From contig CM097886.1 in NCBI GenBank assembly GCA_044892525.1, forward strand, positions 82,770,001-82,834,000: a DNA stretch of 64,000 nt. The letters are read 5' to 3'. Position 1 is the stretch's first letter; each line of letters starts with the position of its first letter. This stretch comes from Schmidtea polychroa. Lineage: Eukaryota. The translations under genes were made by a program, and so were the position numbers. Positions 50,391 to 62,935 of this stretch are shown one piece after another. The notes beneath the pieces were generated by a model. The model was not told where the DNA came from and searched no databases. It was given only the letters and a program-made list of their open reading frames with translations.

Positions 50391-53300
50391 TTTAAATGAC
50401 ACACCGCCTAAGCGTTAACAACAATGTCTTAATTTAATTTCAAATAAATATCGTAATTGTTGATTAAATGATTAGTATCAGACAAATCATCACGATTACC
50501 TCTTTCGTCATCTAGTCTCATCGTGAAGGGCTTTGTTCCACAATGGATACCCTTCATTTACCTGCTATTTAAATCATCAAATTTTTTAGAGTTATATAAA
50601 TTATCTTAACAATAAATGTACAAATGTATAAATTACATCCTTCCGCACGTCCATCGCATCACGGTCTCCGTTCACAAGCCGTCGGGCGTCTCGTTCCTTA
50701 ATTTCTTTGATTCCACCATTACCAAATGAAATTTGTTTTCTTTTCCATCCATCGGAGATCACTTACCGTCAATTTCCTTTATTTTTTCTTTCATAACTCG
50801 GGTGTTCAGTATGTACTCCTGCATCATTTTATTAGTTGATTGATTTCCTACTCTTTTAATTTTCAGACATATTTGGAGAACTCGCTAAGAGAAAAAGTTG
50901 ATTGGCTCTGCCTTCAAACCACACCTACTAGCCACCACGATTGGATGTGACCAAACTTTGGTTAATAAAATTACTTGCTTTCTTGCAAATATGTCACACT
51001 GATAAATCTGTCATAATCACATTATTATCAAAATTATCCCAATACTTACTATGAATCAGTAAATATATCGATGTTTTTGATATTCGCGAATTTTTGGCAC
51101 TGTCTTTTTCAAGTGAATTTGAAATACCATATCAGGAGAGTCGCATCAAATACTACCAATTTCCGAATTGCTGTGTGTGTACGCCACATGTATTCACACA
51201 TGCACAATCCAATATGCTTCTGCGTGTTACATTATGACGTCTGTTATGTTCTTTTCATGCCTTCCTCGAATGAACACGAAAAATGACCATAAAATCTGAT
51301 CAAAAACACACTAGATCAATCCCGATTGGTCAAATCAAATTACAAAAATCAGTATAAGGGACCATCTCAGTGGACACTTTACCTTTTCAAAAGTTTTTAT
51401 AGGAACTATAGCTCAGCAAATCTTCCGGACAATCTAATCTAGCACAGTGTCAAATTCGGTATTGATAATCAAACTTTGAAACTAAGTAAAATTTTCGCTT
51501 ATTACGTATTATGTAATAATTTTTTATGTTAACGAAATTGAAAATGATATTAGTCCCTTCTTTTTGTAGAGGTCTCGATATTCGGGAACACTCAACTTAC
51601 TGGTTCTTATATATACCAAATATGAATTGATCTGCTATATTACAAAATCCTTTTAATATCCAACCGAATATGCGTGTATGTACTGTGTGAATGTTGTGTT
51701 TCTCTTGCTGTGTTGCGTGTAGGCTTTTGAACGTTTTTGTTTGTCTGTTCGAGTTTTAGCACTAATAAGGATTAACCTTTTTAGTATGTTATCGTGGTTA
51801 AAATTTTGGGCGAAAAAAATGAATTTTACCTCGCTATTTATACTATTTTCGTGTCTATGAAATTAAATTGATATATTTTTATAAGTATACTTAAGAAAAT
51901 AACATATTTTATAAATATGCTTAAAGTATTAAGTATTAATTATTGAAAAATTAATTAAAGTGTTAATTATTGTTATAAAAATGTCCTAAAATTATTATTA
52001 TTTAATTATTATTTTAAAATATCTAAAATTGTTATTCTAAAATCATGTCTTTTAAATTGCCACTTATGTTCTTATAAATCATATGTCTTTCAAAATTATT
52101 ATTATTCTTATAGCATATGTTTTGAAATCAAGATTATAATTTCAAATACTAATTATAATTTAAAATACTAATTAAGATTATTTATTTTGTAATTCTAAAT
52201 AATAATTAGTCCCCGTAATATATTTTATTTTAATGTACATGAACATCGAAACATAAAATAATATTCCAAAAAATAAATAAGATGTACAGTAATAATAATT
52301 GTCAAAAGCATAAACTAATGTACATAGTCAATAATCAAATTGCAATGATAATCGTCACTGTTTTGACTTGTCCGGCTTTGGTTATCTGGGTTCTACGTAG
52401 ATATTGACTCTGAACTTGTTGCTGCCCGTTCTATAGTAGTGAGTCAGTTCGAATTCTTCAATTCTCCTTCCTCTGTCATCCAACACTTTCCTTTTGACAT
52501 TTAATGATATTTTTGAGTTAAAATTTAAATTTTTATAATATTCATTGAGTAATTTTTATAAATATGGTGGAGTTGATACCTGCTTTTTTTCAGGAACCAG
52601 GAAGTACGTCACATCTTTCTATCTCGAGGACCAAAATGGGGTTCAATCACCCAGCTGCTGATCTTATCAGAGCTCTCACAGGAGACTACATGCGATCTGC
52701 CACTGACCTTTTTCAAGAGTTCTTAAATAGTAGAGAAAGTATTGACAATTTCATCAGTATAAAAACGTCATGATATCGCAAGTTAATGTAATAATAGAAT
52801 CTGGTTTCGATAAGACCTGATGTTTCACAGCGATTGCAGATGGCCACAGGGTAGTTTCCTTTAATACTCTTCAAATCGAATTAGATCCCATTTTTTTGTA
52901 TATAAAAATCTCAAAACCCGTCATAAAAATCTACTCAATCTACTTGTTTTAGAAATTTAAATGCACATGAGAACCAACAATCTATTCTTTTATTAATTTG
53001 CCTATATTCACCTAAGGATTTAGAAAAAAACAAATGTCTGACACAGAATCATGTATAAGGGGTATTGAGGCAAAAAGATAGGCCTTGATGCGATATTTTA
53101 TGAAGAGATAGTGCTAAAGATAGGAAGCTGGCCCTAGATAAACCCCAATCGAACCCACTGTTTAAGGATAATACCCATTAAAAATTAATAACATAGAATT
53201 GTAATAATTTTCAAATGACATCAGTGAGTAAAATCTGGAATTATTAATTCCAATAGTCCGCCATGCATGAAGAATTCATCAAGCGTGAAAACGCATAAAA

Positions 53301-56300
53301 GTCGGGGAAAATATATTTTTCGTTTTTGGCCAACGCCCTGGTTATAGTATATAGGAGGGGTCAAATATGAATCCAGCGCAAATTGATTATTTTTTATTAT
53401 TATGATTATTATTAATATCATTTTTGTTATTATTATATTTATCATTATTGTTATGATTATTGGTAGCATTATTATTATTTTTACTTTTCCTTCTTACATA
53501 TATCACCAGTATGGTTAGTCATATTATTGTCATTTCGACTTTTTCATCATCGGGCTTGGTTCACTCGTAACCATTCTCTTATAAATTCTTGTCCTTTTAA
53601 CAAAAACCACTGTCACTCCCGAAAATTCAGACACACAATTAACGTCACTTGATTCATTTTTTGTCTTTTACACTCCGAAGAATCTACAACTAAAACCCTG
53701 CTTCTCGTGTTCAGACAAAAACGTGACCATCCGAACATAGCAGAAGGAAATTTTTCTCTTAATTAAGAAGTTTGACCATCTGGATGAGACTTGGTTCACT
53801 CCCGTAAAGATGAAGGAGTCTACGCAAAAAGTGCTACGCCTAAAGCACTGCAGAGATAATCTGCTGGAGGATAATCGGGCCCAGTGTACCCTGATACGAG
53901 AGCAGTCCCAAGCTCTGTATCAGGCCTACGGATGCAATCTCTTCCCCGCCCATCATCTGGCGGAGGGCACGGCTGTAACTATCACTGCGATTGTTTGAAA
54001 AACGACACAGGTTATGCACAATTTCATGTTGAAGGAACTGTATACTTTTTAATCATTACACAAAGCGGATAATTGCAACAAATCCATATTAATATTTTGT
54101 TATACTTAAAATTTAAATTAAGTTTTTTGACAGAAAAAATAATTGGGTGAATTAACAGACAAGTACCAACATACGAGAATTTGATCGCTTAAGGGTCAAG
54201 TCTTCTATACTAAATCGATAATTTCACTTGAAAGTGAACATTGTACTAAATATTTGTATTAAAAGTTAATTAATATTCGTGACTAGCAACAGTTTTATAA
54301 TTATTTAATTCGTTTATCAAAATCCCATTTTTTCTAATATCCATAATTCAGAGAACAAACGTTCAATTATCAATCTGATACTTTATTTTCTGCCTAGCAA
54401 TCCAAAAACCTGTACAGACATAAATAATCTAATCGCCAACGATCCACCAAATTTATGCCAGACAATAAAAGAAAATTAAAATATTTATAATAAATTGTAC
54501 TAATCTAACATCTTTTTTTAAAATGAAAAATTAATTTAAGAAAGATTGATTTTAAAGAACAATAAATACAGTAATTTGTTAGCCAAACTATTATTTTAAA
54601 ACTAGTTTTATTTCCTAAAAATTTCTAATTAATATTCATTGAAAGTTTAACTATTCTTCATATATTTCTTCCAAAAAATTTCCATGTCTATCAAACATGG
54701 TCAATACACCAGATTCGTAAAGTCTACGCGTAGCAACAGCAGGATCATACTCCCTTGAAAAATGAATTTCAAAATTAACAAATTACATAATAATATGAAT
54801 TATATATTACTCATTGGCTTTTACATATTTTAACATCAAAGGTTCCTTAACATATTTGATCATAAAATAAAATGTTGCAGAGCAACTGATAGCAAGAAAA
54901 ATTCCAAAACGCTTAAGTGACCGTCTTCCTAAATATTTTAATTGAGGTTTATTTAAATGACTCTGGCTCATGTAAAAATATTAGATTGTTTATTTGAAAA
55001 ATATTTCAATTTTGAATTTATTTACACATTTCTTCATTTGAACAAAATTACAAATCGACAAATGTCAGTAAAACATTTATTCGATTATTGATTAATAACT
55101 AATCGAATAAATGAAATCTTTCATAAATGAAATATAAAAATCAATTAAAATTAAAGTTTTTATTATTTTATAAATAATGTCACTTAATAAGATATTTTTT
55201 AATAATTTTAATTTGTTGAGATACAAAGAAATTTATTAGAACACATTTTGTAAAGTCAGTTAATCATCAGGTGAATTAATTTTGCTTTGCTTCACTTATT
55301 AAGGATTTTCCAAATTTTATATTCAATAACCGAAATATTAAGTTATGAGTAAAAAGTTAATACCATATTAAATGGGATTTTGTGTACTTGCTTTTATGGG
55401 GTTTAATGGTGGGTATTTTGCATTACTTTTCTCATTTAGTAATTTACTTAGTAAACACATAATCTTGAGCTTATTAGGGAAAAATAAAATTTTATTCTGT
55501 TTATTAGTCTGTGAGGTAAATATTTGGGCATTTTTCGACCGATTGAAATGGTACAATCATAAATAGACAGAATTTAATTCTCCACAGCAGTGGTTCTCAA
55601 CCCTTTTAAAATGTTGTACCGGTATGTAGTAGACAATATAATGGCGTACCTGTAAATAAATATTTTTAAAAAAACGAGTCCTAAAAGAAAGGGGCAGAGT
55701 GCTTACTATACACAAAAAAACAATAAAGTTCAAAATCATGAAATACTTGTTGAGGTCTGTAAATTAAAGTAAATTTAAATGAAATTTAAGTTGAAAATTT
55801 AATTAAAAAGTAGGTGAAGAAAAAAGACAAATAAAAGCGTGATCATGCACAGAATTGATAGTAAAGGAAAGCATGATGGAATCAGTATTAGGAAATGGCA
55901 AAAGCAGTTGCGAAAGGCAAGAATCCGGAAATCCGAGAAAAATCAATAAATTTTAAAATGATCGAAATTGAATTGGGAAAACGTGACAGGTATAGATTAG
56001 CTAATGGTCAACAAGATTATGATTAGGGATTTATCAGAAAATGGTTAGAAAGGGTCAAAAAGCATTCAAATGTCTTAAAACAGAAAACGTTAATTAATGA
56101 ATTAATTGGCTAATAGAAAACCCAAGCAAATGGGAAACCCGAGCCAATGGAGAACCCGAGAGATGAAGGAAACCCGAGTTGGGTAAACAATGAAAAAAGT
56201 AAATAGAAGGAAGATTTCGGCCCATTAGCGTGACACAATGATTAATTGGAAAAGAACAAGGAGAAGATAGTGCGTGCAGAAAAACCAGACGGGTCATTAA

Positions 56301-57849
56301 TTATCTTTGTTCGTTGGTCCATTATGGGTGACAGCCGAAGCAGCTATGTGGAATCGAATGTCAAGTGACAGATTGGCTCGGCAATAATCATTTGTCATCC
56401 CGATTTCGAAGAGTATATAAGGAATGGGAAAATCAGAGCAAATCGGCATTTTGCCTTAGTTAGGGTAAGAAGAAACGAGAATAGGCGAGAGGTAAAACGA
56501 ATTAAGGAGATTAGGGAAAAAGATATAGAATAGGAATACGAAAAGGCGAAAAAAGGATCGAGTTAAAGAGGAAAAGAAAAACGTTGGTCAAGAGAACCTA
56601 AGGAAATAAAAGGTGAATATTATCTTTGGTCAGAGCATCAACACCGAGCTGAGAATCAGTCAAACTTAACTTTGATTATTAATTGTTTATTGTTGAGAAA
56701 AGAATATATTTTTGTGATTCCAATATACGTTAGGAAGTTCATTGTTTTGATTAAAAGGACACGATGAGTCAGAGGTAACTGACTTAAATAAACTAAAACC
56801 CAACATATTTATTAAGAGTATTTAAATATACATACATATTTAACTTACACTATTTTGTGCAATACGCGATATTTGTTGCGTACGAGTTGTCACCATTGTA
56901 ATTATAAGCAATTATAACCTTCCTTAAACATGAATAAATACATACAAGCTGATGCAAATGACCCCTCAGAGCGGTTATAGGGCGAAAAAGTGTGCAATAT
57001 GAATAAAGTCGAATACCAAGAACATTATTCACGTGCGTTAATCGTCGGAGAAACACGAACTTTGTTCGGCTTTTGGTTGTTAAGAAATGGCAGCTCTGTC
57101 TCTGTTTCAGGATTATGCGTCAGGTTGTTACCAACCACAATAGATGTTGAGGTCTCAATATTTGAGATTCCCAACTTGCTGGTTCTTATATCAAAATGAT
57201 TGATCTCGTACTGTATTTTATTTTATTTTAATCTAAAATAAGACTTGATTATTTTGGGGTCATTGAAAAGAATTTGTGAACGCTATTTATATAAAATTTT
57301 GGGCTACTATTTGTATTATTTATTTATCTTTTGGAAATTAAATAAATATATTTTGTTTTCTATCAATACAAAGATTAGGGTTTAATTGTTCAAAATTGCT
57401 TTCAAAATTATTTTAAATTCCCCCATTATTTATTTAAGCAAAATTATAGAAATTCACCCATTCCGGTCAATTTATATTTATTTGTTTACACTTTTCTGTC
57501 AAAAGAAAAATTATAAAGAAAATTGCTTTTTATTGGTATAAGCAAAATTCTTATTTTATATAATTTCCAAAATTATTATTATTGTTGCTTTAATCATAAA
57601 TTGATAGAAAATGTTATAAATTTAATGATCCCATTATATAATTATTTTTTCATGTAAATCATTTAAGTTAAGTTAACACCCATGTGCGGTGTACAACCAT
57701 CACACTTGCACAATATCTAACAAATGATAAACTTTAGAAAAAATATTGATTTAAAATAGTTTCAATTTATTTTTACACATTAAAATTTATTTTCTTTACA
57801 AATATCCTTCTTAGAAATCAGTCTTTGTAGAAATATTTCATGCCACATT

Positions 57850-58245
57850 TTATATAATTAAATATAAAAATATCATGGAAACGAAATAAGTCCATTGAGA
57901 AAGTGCAATTTGATTGACTGCATTGCACTTATCAGACGCACAATAACAGAAAGCTACAGACACATCCTTTATTCCTTTTGGTTTATAACATCCTTGAGAT
58001 ACTTCGGCTCCAATAATGTCGTTGTAAGTTGTGGAACACTTACGCAAATAATAATTTGAAGATTTAATATAACTTATTTGTTTAAAGCAATATTTAGTTT
58101 TTGTGGGACATGTAACGAGCTGTGATTGGTTAACTGAAATACAATTTTGTTGATTTGGATAGGATAAACATTTATAACATGAGAGCTGATTGGATAATCC
58201 GATTCGCCAAATAAGTAGTATTAAACAGACATTTAAATTATTCAT
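57850..58245 (-). CDS. Ly6/uPAR three-finger protein, probably GPI-anchored
   Basis: Signal peptide, LSCYKC start, internal Cys spacing typical of LU domains, CYCASDKCN end motif and a hydrophobic C-terminal tail. Single exon. Confidence 0.88.
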   Translation of the reverse strand: MNNLNVCLILLIWRIGLSNQLSCYKCLSYPNQQNCISVNQSQLVTCPTKTKYCFKQISYIKSSNYYLRKCSTTYNDIIGAEVSQGCYKPKGIKDVSVAFCYCASDKCNAVNQIALSQWTYFVSMIFLYLII

Positions 58246-58479
58246 TCAGTTTGCATTAAATATTGGCATTTTTTAAATCAATTTTTATTGATATAATAAA
58301 ATGATTCATTTCAAATATAATTAAAAAAATTTATAAAATATAAAATTTAGTCATGATTTTTTATTACGTTTAATTGTATTATTTCATTTTAGAACAGAAA
58401 CTATTGAACTTGACTTGTCATAAGGATAGCTTTCATTATGACTCATTAGTATAACAATAGAACTACTTTATGGAGTATA

Positions 58480-60336
58480 TTTATAGCATTTATACCGAAA
58501 AATGAGTAATTACTGCTAACAAATTATTGTCCAAAATTTTTATGAAATTTTGGAAATTTTTCATTCTAAAATGTCAAAAAAATGTAAAATTAAAATTATT
58601 TTAAAATAAAAATGGAATGGAGACCAAAATGAAATATTGATATAGACGTATGAACAAGAATAGAATTATTAGAAAACAAATAAACAGAAAGAAAATTGTA
58701 TTATTAAACATGAAAGGTACAAAATGCAAATGTGTTGAAAAGTGATAAATGACAGACTTTTAATTTAGAAAACAAGATAGTAATAGATTAGGTTATGGAG
58801 GACAAAGTGGTAAGAACGGATTTGTCGAAAAAGTCTGGGGGTATAGTAAAAAACTATAGTAAAACTCATAGTAAAAAACTATGAGGTATATAAAAATAGA
58901 AAACTCGTAAAATAATTATTTAGGTAAAATAATTATTTTCGGTAAACCACAAAAAAAATCAACAAAATAGATTTTAGATAGCCATTATCATAAGAACATG
59001 ATTAATGATAGTCAAAGGTGGTAAGGATTGGGTAATGAAAAACCCCAAAATGACCGTCCAAAGAATCACCGACATAGTTCAAAAGAAAAAAACTTATTTG
59101 AAAAATCGGCCACCTCGATAAGTAAGGAATAAAAATAAAATAATAAATTAGTAAGAATAATTATTGGTCGTATTTACATACGAAAGACCAGCGGTATATT
59201 GCCAAATTCGTAAGAAAGGATTCGCAGTTAGTATGTCCCCTTATGCCATATCGGTCACCGCCACAGTCAATCGAAAATTAGGGGATCTGGCGTCTGGACC
59301 CACGAAGCTCTTTCAGCGGAGTTTCGGATCCATCCGCCAAGGCTTTTTAAGTGTTTGAAGTCAAATAGAGCAAGTTTTGTTAGGTTCGATAGGTAGGTAG
59401 TCGAACTAACACAAAAACGTTCTATCTGACTCCAAATAAATAATTTATGCGTATAGGTAATAAATAAGAAATATGATTTACAATATTTATTAATGATAAA
59501 AATTACACGATTGTTTATTTGTACAAATTATTCACGCTGCTCTCTGAAGAAAAGAAAACGGTTATGCAAACCGCCCTGAAGAATATTTCTACGAATCAAG
59601 GCTGGCCCTAAATGCGCCAACAGCCCGATATAAGTGAAAGGAAAAAGATAGGGAAAATCACCAAATTTTACGCTATAGAGTCAACCCAGAAATTGGTTAA
59701 CTCTTTTTCAAATAACGATACAACACAAAAATTAGTGATGACGTTATTATATCCCTTATTAATTTAACTTAAATAAATCTTTTATATATATATACTTTAA
59801 AATTACTTAGAAATTGATAACAAAACTAACTGATAAAAATATTCTATGGCTCCGAAGAATTTCGTAATAAATAATTCCAAATTATTGGTTAATCAATAAT
59901 CGTTGATTGACTAAGACTGTTAAATGATGATCTGTCCAAATTTAATGTAACTATCTGTCTCTTAATGCGAGCTAATCAGTTTCGATTTATGTCGACTTTT
60001 TTGAACTACTTTAAATCTGTCGTGTCCGATCTTTTTCTCTCGTTCCTTCACAATGAAATTTTTGTGGTATTTATATTAGTTTATTTGTATTAAATCTATT
60101 TATAGTAATTGTTTAATTCCTATTTTTATTATATATTTTTAAATAATTTCTATAATTCTATTTTTAGTAATTATTTATTACTAATTATATTTTAGTTTTA
60201 ATTTTAGTATTTAATTTCTATTTTTGGTAATTTTAAAGTACTATTTTTATTTTACTTCATATTTTCGTAATTAATTATTATTTTAATTATTATTTAATTT
60301 CGAACCTTCAATTTCGGTTCCTACTGAACCCCAACA
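58480..60336 (-). repeat. Long 3' LTR of copy B (at least 0.9 kb by homology, probably 1.6-1.9 kb)
   Basis: Begins TGTTGG at 60336 after the PPT. AT-rich U3. Homologous to 1-725 and 3047-3221. The CA end was not located with certainty. Confidence 0.6.
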
Positions 60337-60348
60337 TGTCTTCCCCCT
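60337..60348 (-). other. Polypurine tract
   Basis: AGGGGGAAGACA directly before TG; conserved at 3222-3232. Confidence 0.75.
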
Positions 60349-60646
60349 AACAATATTTTCGTCCCGAAAATTAAAGCGGGAAAGACAAGACAATTGCAGC
60401 CAATACATAAAAAATAAAAAATATAAAAATAAAATAAAACAACTGAATAAAATGTATATACATAAAGTAATCAAAGTCAAATTCAAAATAATCAAAGATT
60501 GTTAAACAGAATTAAAAATCAGATTAATCAAATGTTGTTCATAATGTCTATCAATTTGAATATCTGGATTGGATTGAGTTGTCGAAGGTGTTGGGATTGA
60601 GGACATATAGCAAATTGCTAGGTCCATTGAACACATAGCCGAATTG

Positions 60647-62809
60647 CTAGTATTTTCTCCTTTTCATGACCTTGGCACTTTCGTTACGGATCCTTTGTTC
60701 TACAATGTCAGGCCTGTAACTGACCACCAAAGTCTCCCGTGTACTTACCTCTTTGTACACAATTGAGGAGATTATATATGAGCCCTCATTAGCCTCCAAT
60801 ACTCCGTAGTCGGGGAAATTGGATACGGCTACTTCATGGATTGGGCCTCCGTCGTATTCCGTGATACGCGGTTTCCATTTGCTGTCGGGTCTCTGCCACC
60901 AACTAGGATCTTCCCTGTCGAGGTCTTCCCGTATTTTGATTGAATTGCCCCTTCCGACGAACTCGCCTTCCTTTACGATAATAGGCTCTCCTGAAATCGT
61001 GGGTTCACTCTTTGTTGCCAATATCTTGGTCAACGCAGGATCTGGTGGCTGATAGTGGGTTTCTAGGAGATCGTCATCCTCATCTTGGATGGATATCCTA
61101 GGCATCTTCTTTTTCGTGCTCTTAGGAATCTCCGTTTTCCTCTTTGTAGAGGTAGGAACATTTTTCTCCTTGTCCTCTTTCTGGGGGGGTTTCTCCGTTG
61201 GTTTCTTTTTAAACTTCAAGTCTTGTAGCTTGAGTAATGGTGCTACAGCTTGGGGTAATGTTCCCCCTTCAGCTCCTTGTTTGGGTTCACCCAACGGGAC
61301 CAATGCTTTCAGGATCTTGGTGACCCGTTCAACTAACTTTTCTGCTGGCTGGGGTTTTACTACTTCCATTTTAGCCGAATTCACCACTCTGCCGTCATTG
61401 GTAAGGATGACTTGGAGGCAGTTATCGTCTGCACTCTCACAAGTGGCATAGTCGTCTTCATCAGCAATTGAAATGGCTGGCGGCGACAAGGAATCTTCTT
61501 CCACTATTTTCAACAACTTCGCCCTGGGGATATCTTCTTTCACATAGCTCTCCATAGCTAGTGGTTTCTGCCTGCTTGAGGTCCCGGGTTCCATCTGCTT
61601 GATTTGTGAAGACACCACCTCTTTCCGGGTGTCCGGTGAAATGTCGTCGACCCAGATGTCTTGTAGATTATCGTAAATCTCCTTGATGGTAGTTACATCA
61701 TTCTCCGTTTGAAGATCCGAGAAGTGATGTGCTTCTTTACCGGTGACTGCCTTTGCCAAATATGCCAGACGGTAATACCCGTTGCATTTCTTTAGGTCCC
61801 TACTTTCGAGACATTTAGCTGCGCCTAACTCACGGATTCCGAGAGCGCGCTGCATTGGGAATCTAATAACTTCTAGTAGGTCCTTTACTAGCAATCCCAC
61901 GATGATTTTCCCATCGCAGATTTTCCTGATTCGTTCGGCACAGTCTTCTCCGTCGAACTGACCTATTATTTCTTTCTCGGTCATACCATGCGCATGCGAT
62001 TGGTAATGTTTGACCTGTGCTCTGGGGGTGACTCTCGTGTTGAGTATCAAATCGCCATTGAAATGTGAGATTGAAATGGCCACGATTGCCGGTTTCAGGA
62101 ATTGTCGTAGTGTAGCGTAGTGAGCTGCTACGAAAATGGTGAGGTTATCCTCTTGTCTAGGGTCCAAACGCTGTCTAACAAAGGACTTAAATGTTTTAAT
62201 GTCGTTATCGTTGACATTATATGTCCAGTTTGGGTCATTAACCCATCTTGTTTGTGTTTCTCTGTGAGGTTCCAGGATTTCCATTGCTATGATGGTATCT
62301 ATACCTTCACATAACAGTGAGATGTTCTTTTCCCTTCCGTCCCCGTTTTCTATTTCGAGGGTAGTGTGCTTTTGTAGCAAAATGGGGTTTGTGGCGCCAG
62401 GAACATAAACCGTAAATGGTTTGTTAATGGCGTGTATCCACAGATGGTTGGTCAGACCATGTCTGCCAAACTCAGGCATGACCTCGGTAAGCCTAATACT
62501 ACCGTTATGCTTACCCGGGATTCTGGAGATAATCATTTGACGCTTTGGAGCCTCGTCAAATTTGAAATTATTGGGTATGCCTGAACAATGACCGTAAAAC
62601 CAGTGCCTTTGGCCTTTTCTACCTAGCTCCATAACCTGCTTCTCCAGGTTCTTGTAAATGAGTTTTTCTTTTAGTAAGGTTGTAGCACGTATAATGCTAT
62701 GCCTTCCTTGGTATTGGGATATTGGATGGCTCTGCATTCCTGAAATAAAAATCATTAACCATAATATCAGATATACTGATATGCCATAATAGGCTAAAAA
62801 GATATGCAT
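60647..62809 (-). CDS. Accessory protein (720 aa, or 696 aa from ATG 62737): AlkB-like fold, inactive DEDDh exonuclease fold, charged linker and conserved C-terminal domain
   Basis: Intact ORF with a conserved paralog in copy A. Residues ~222-384 align by eye with ISG20/REX4. Confidence 0.85.
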   Translation of the reverse strand: [720 protein letters not shown]

Positions 62810-62935
62810 AAGTCTTATAATAAAAGATCTACATATGCTGAATTTTAATGCTACCTGGAGCTCTACGTAAATATAGATTTTAAGATATATATAAATAGTT
62901 ATATATGATTTTTCCCTCGGGGGAGTCTGTAATTG

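Noticed and set aside
62738-62809. N-terminal hydrophobic segment of the 720-aa ORF as a signal peptide
   Set aside because: More simply the polypyrimidine/AT-rich end of an intron before a strong acceptor; kept only as an alternative.
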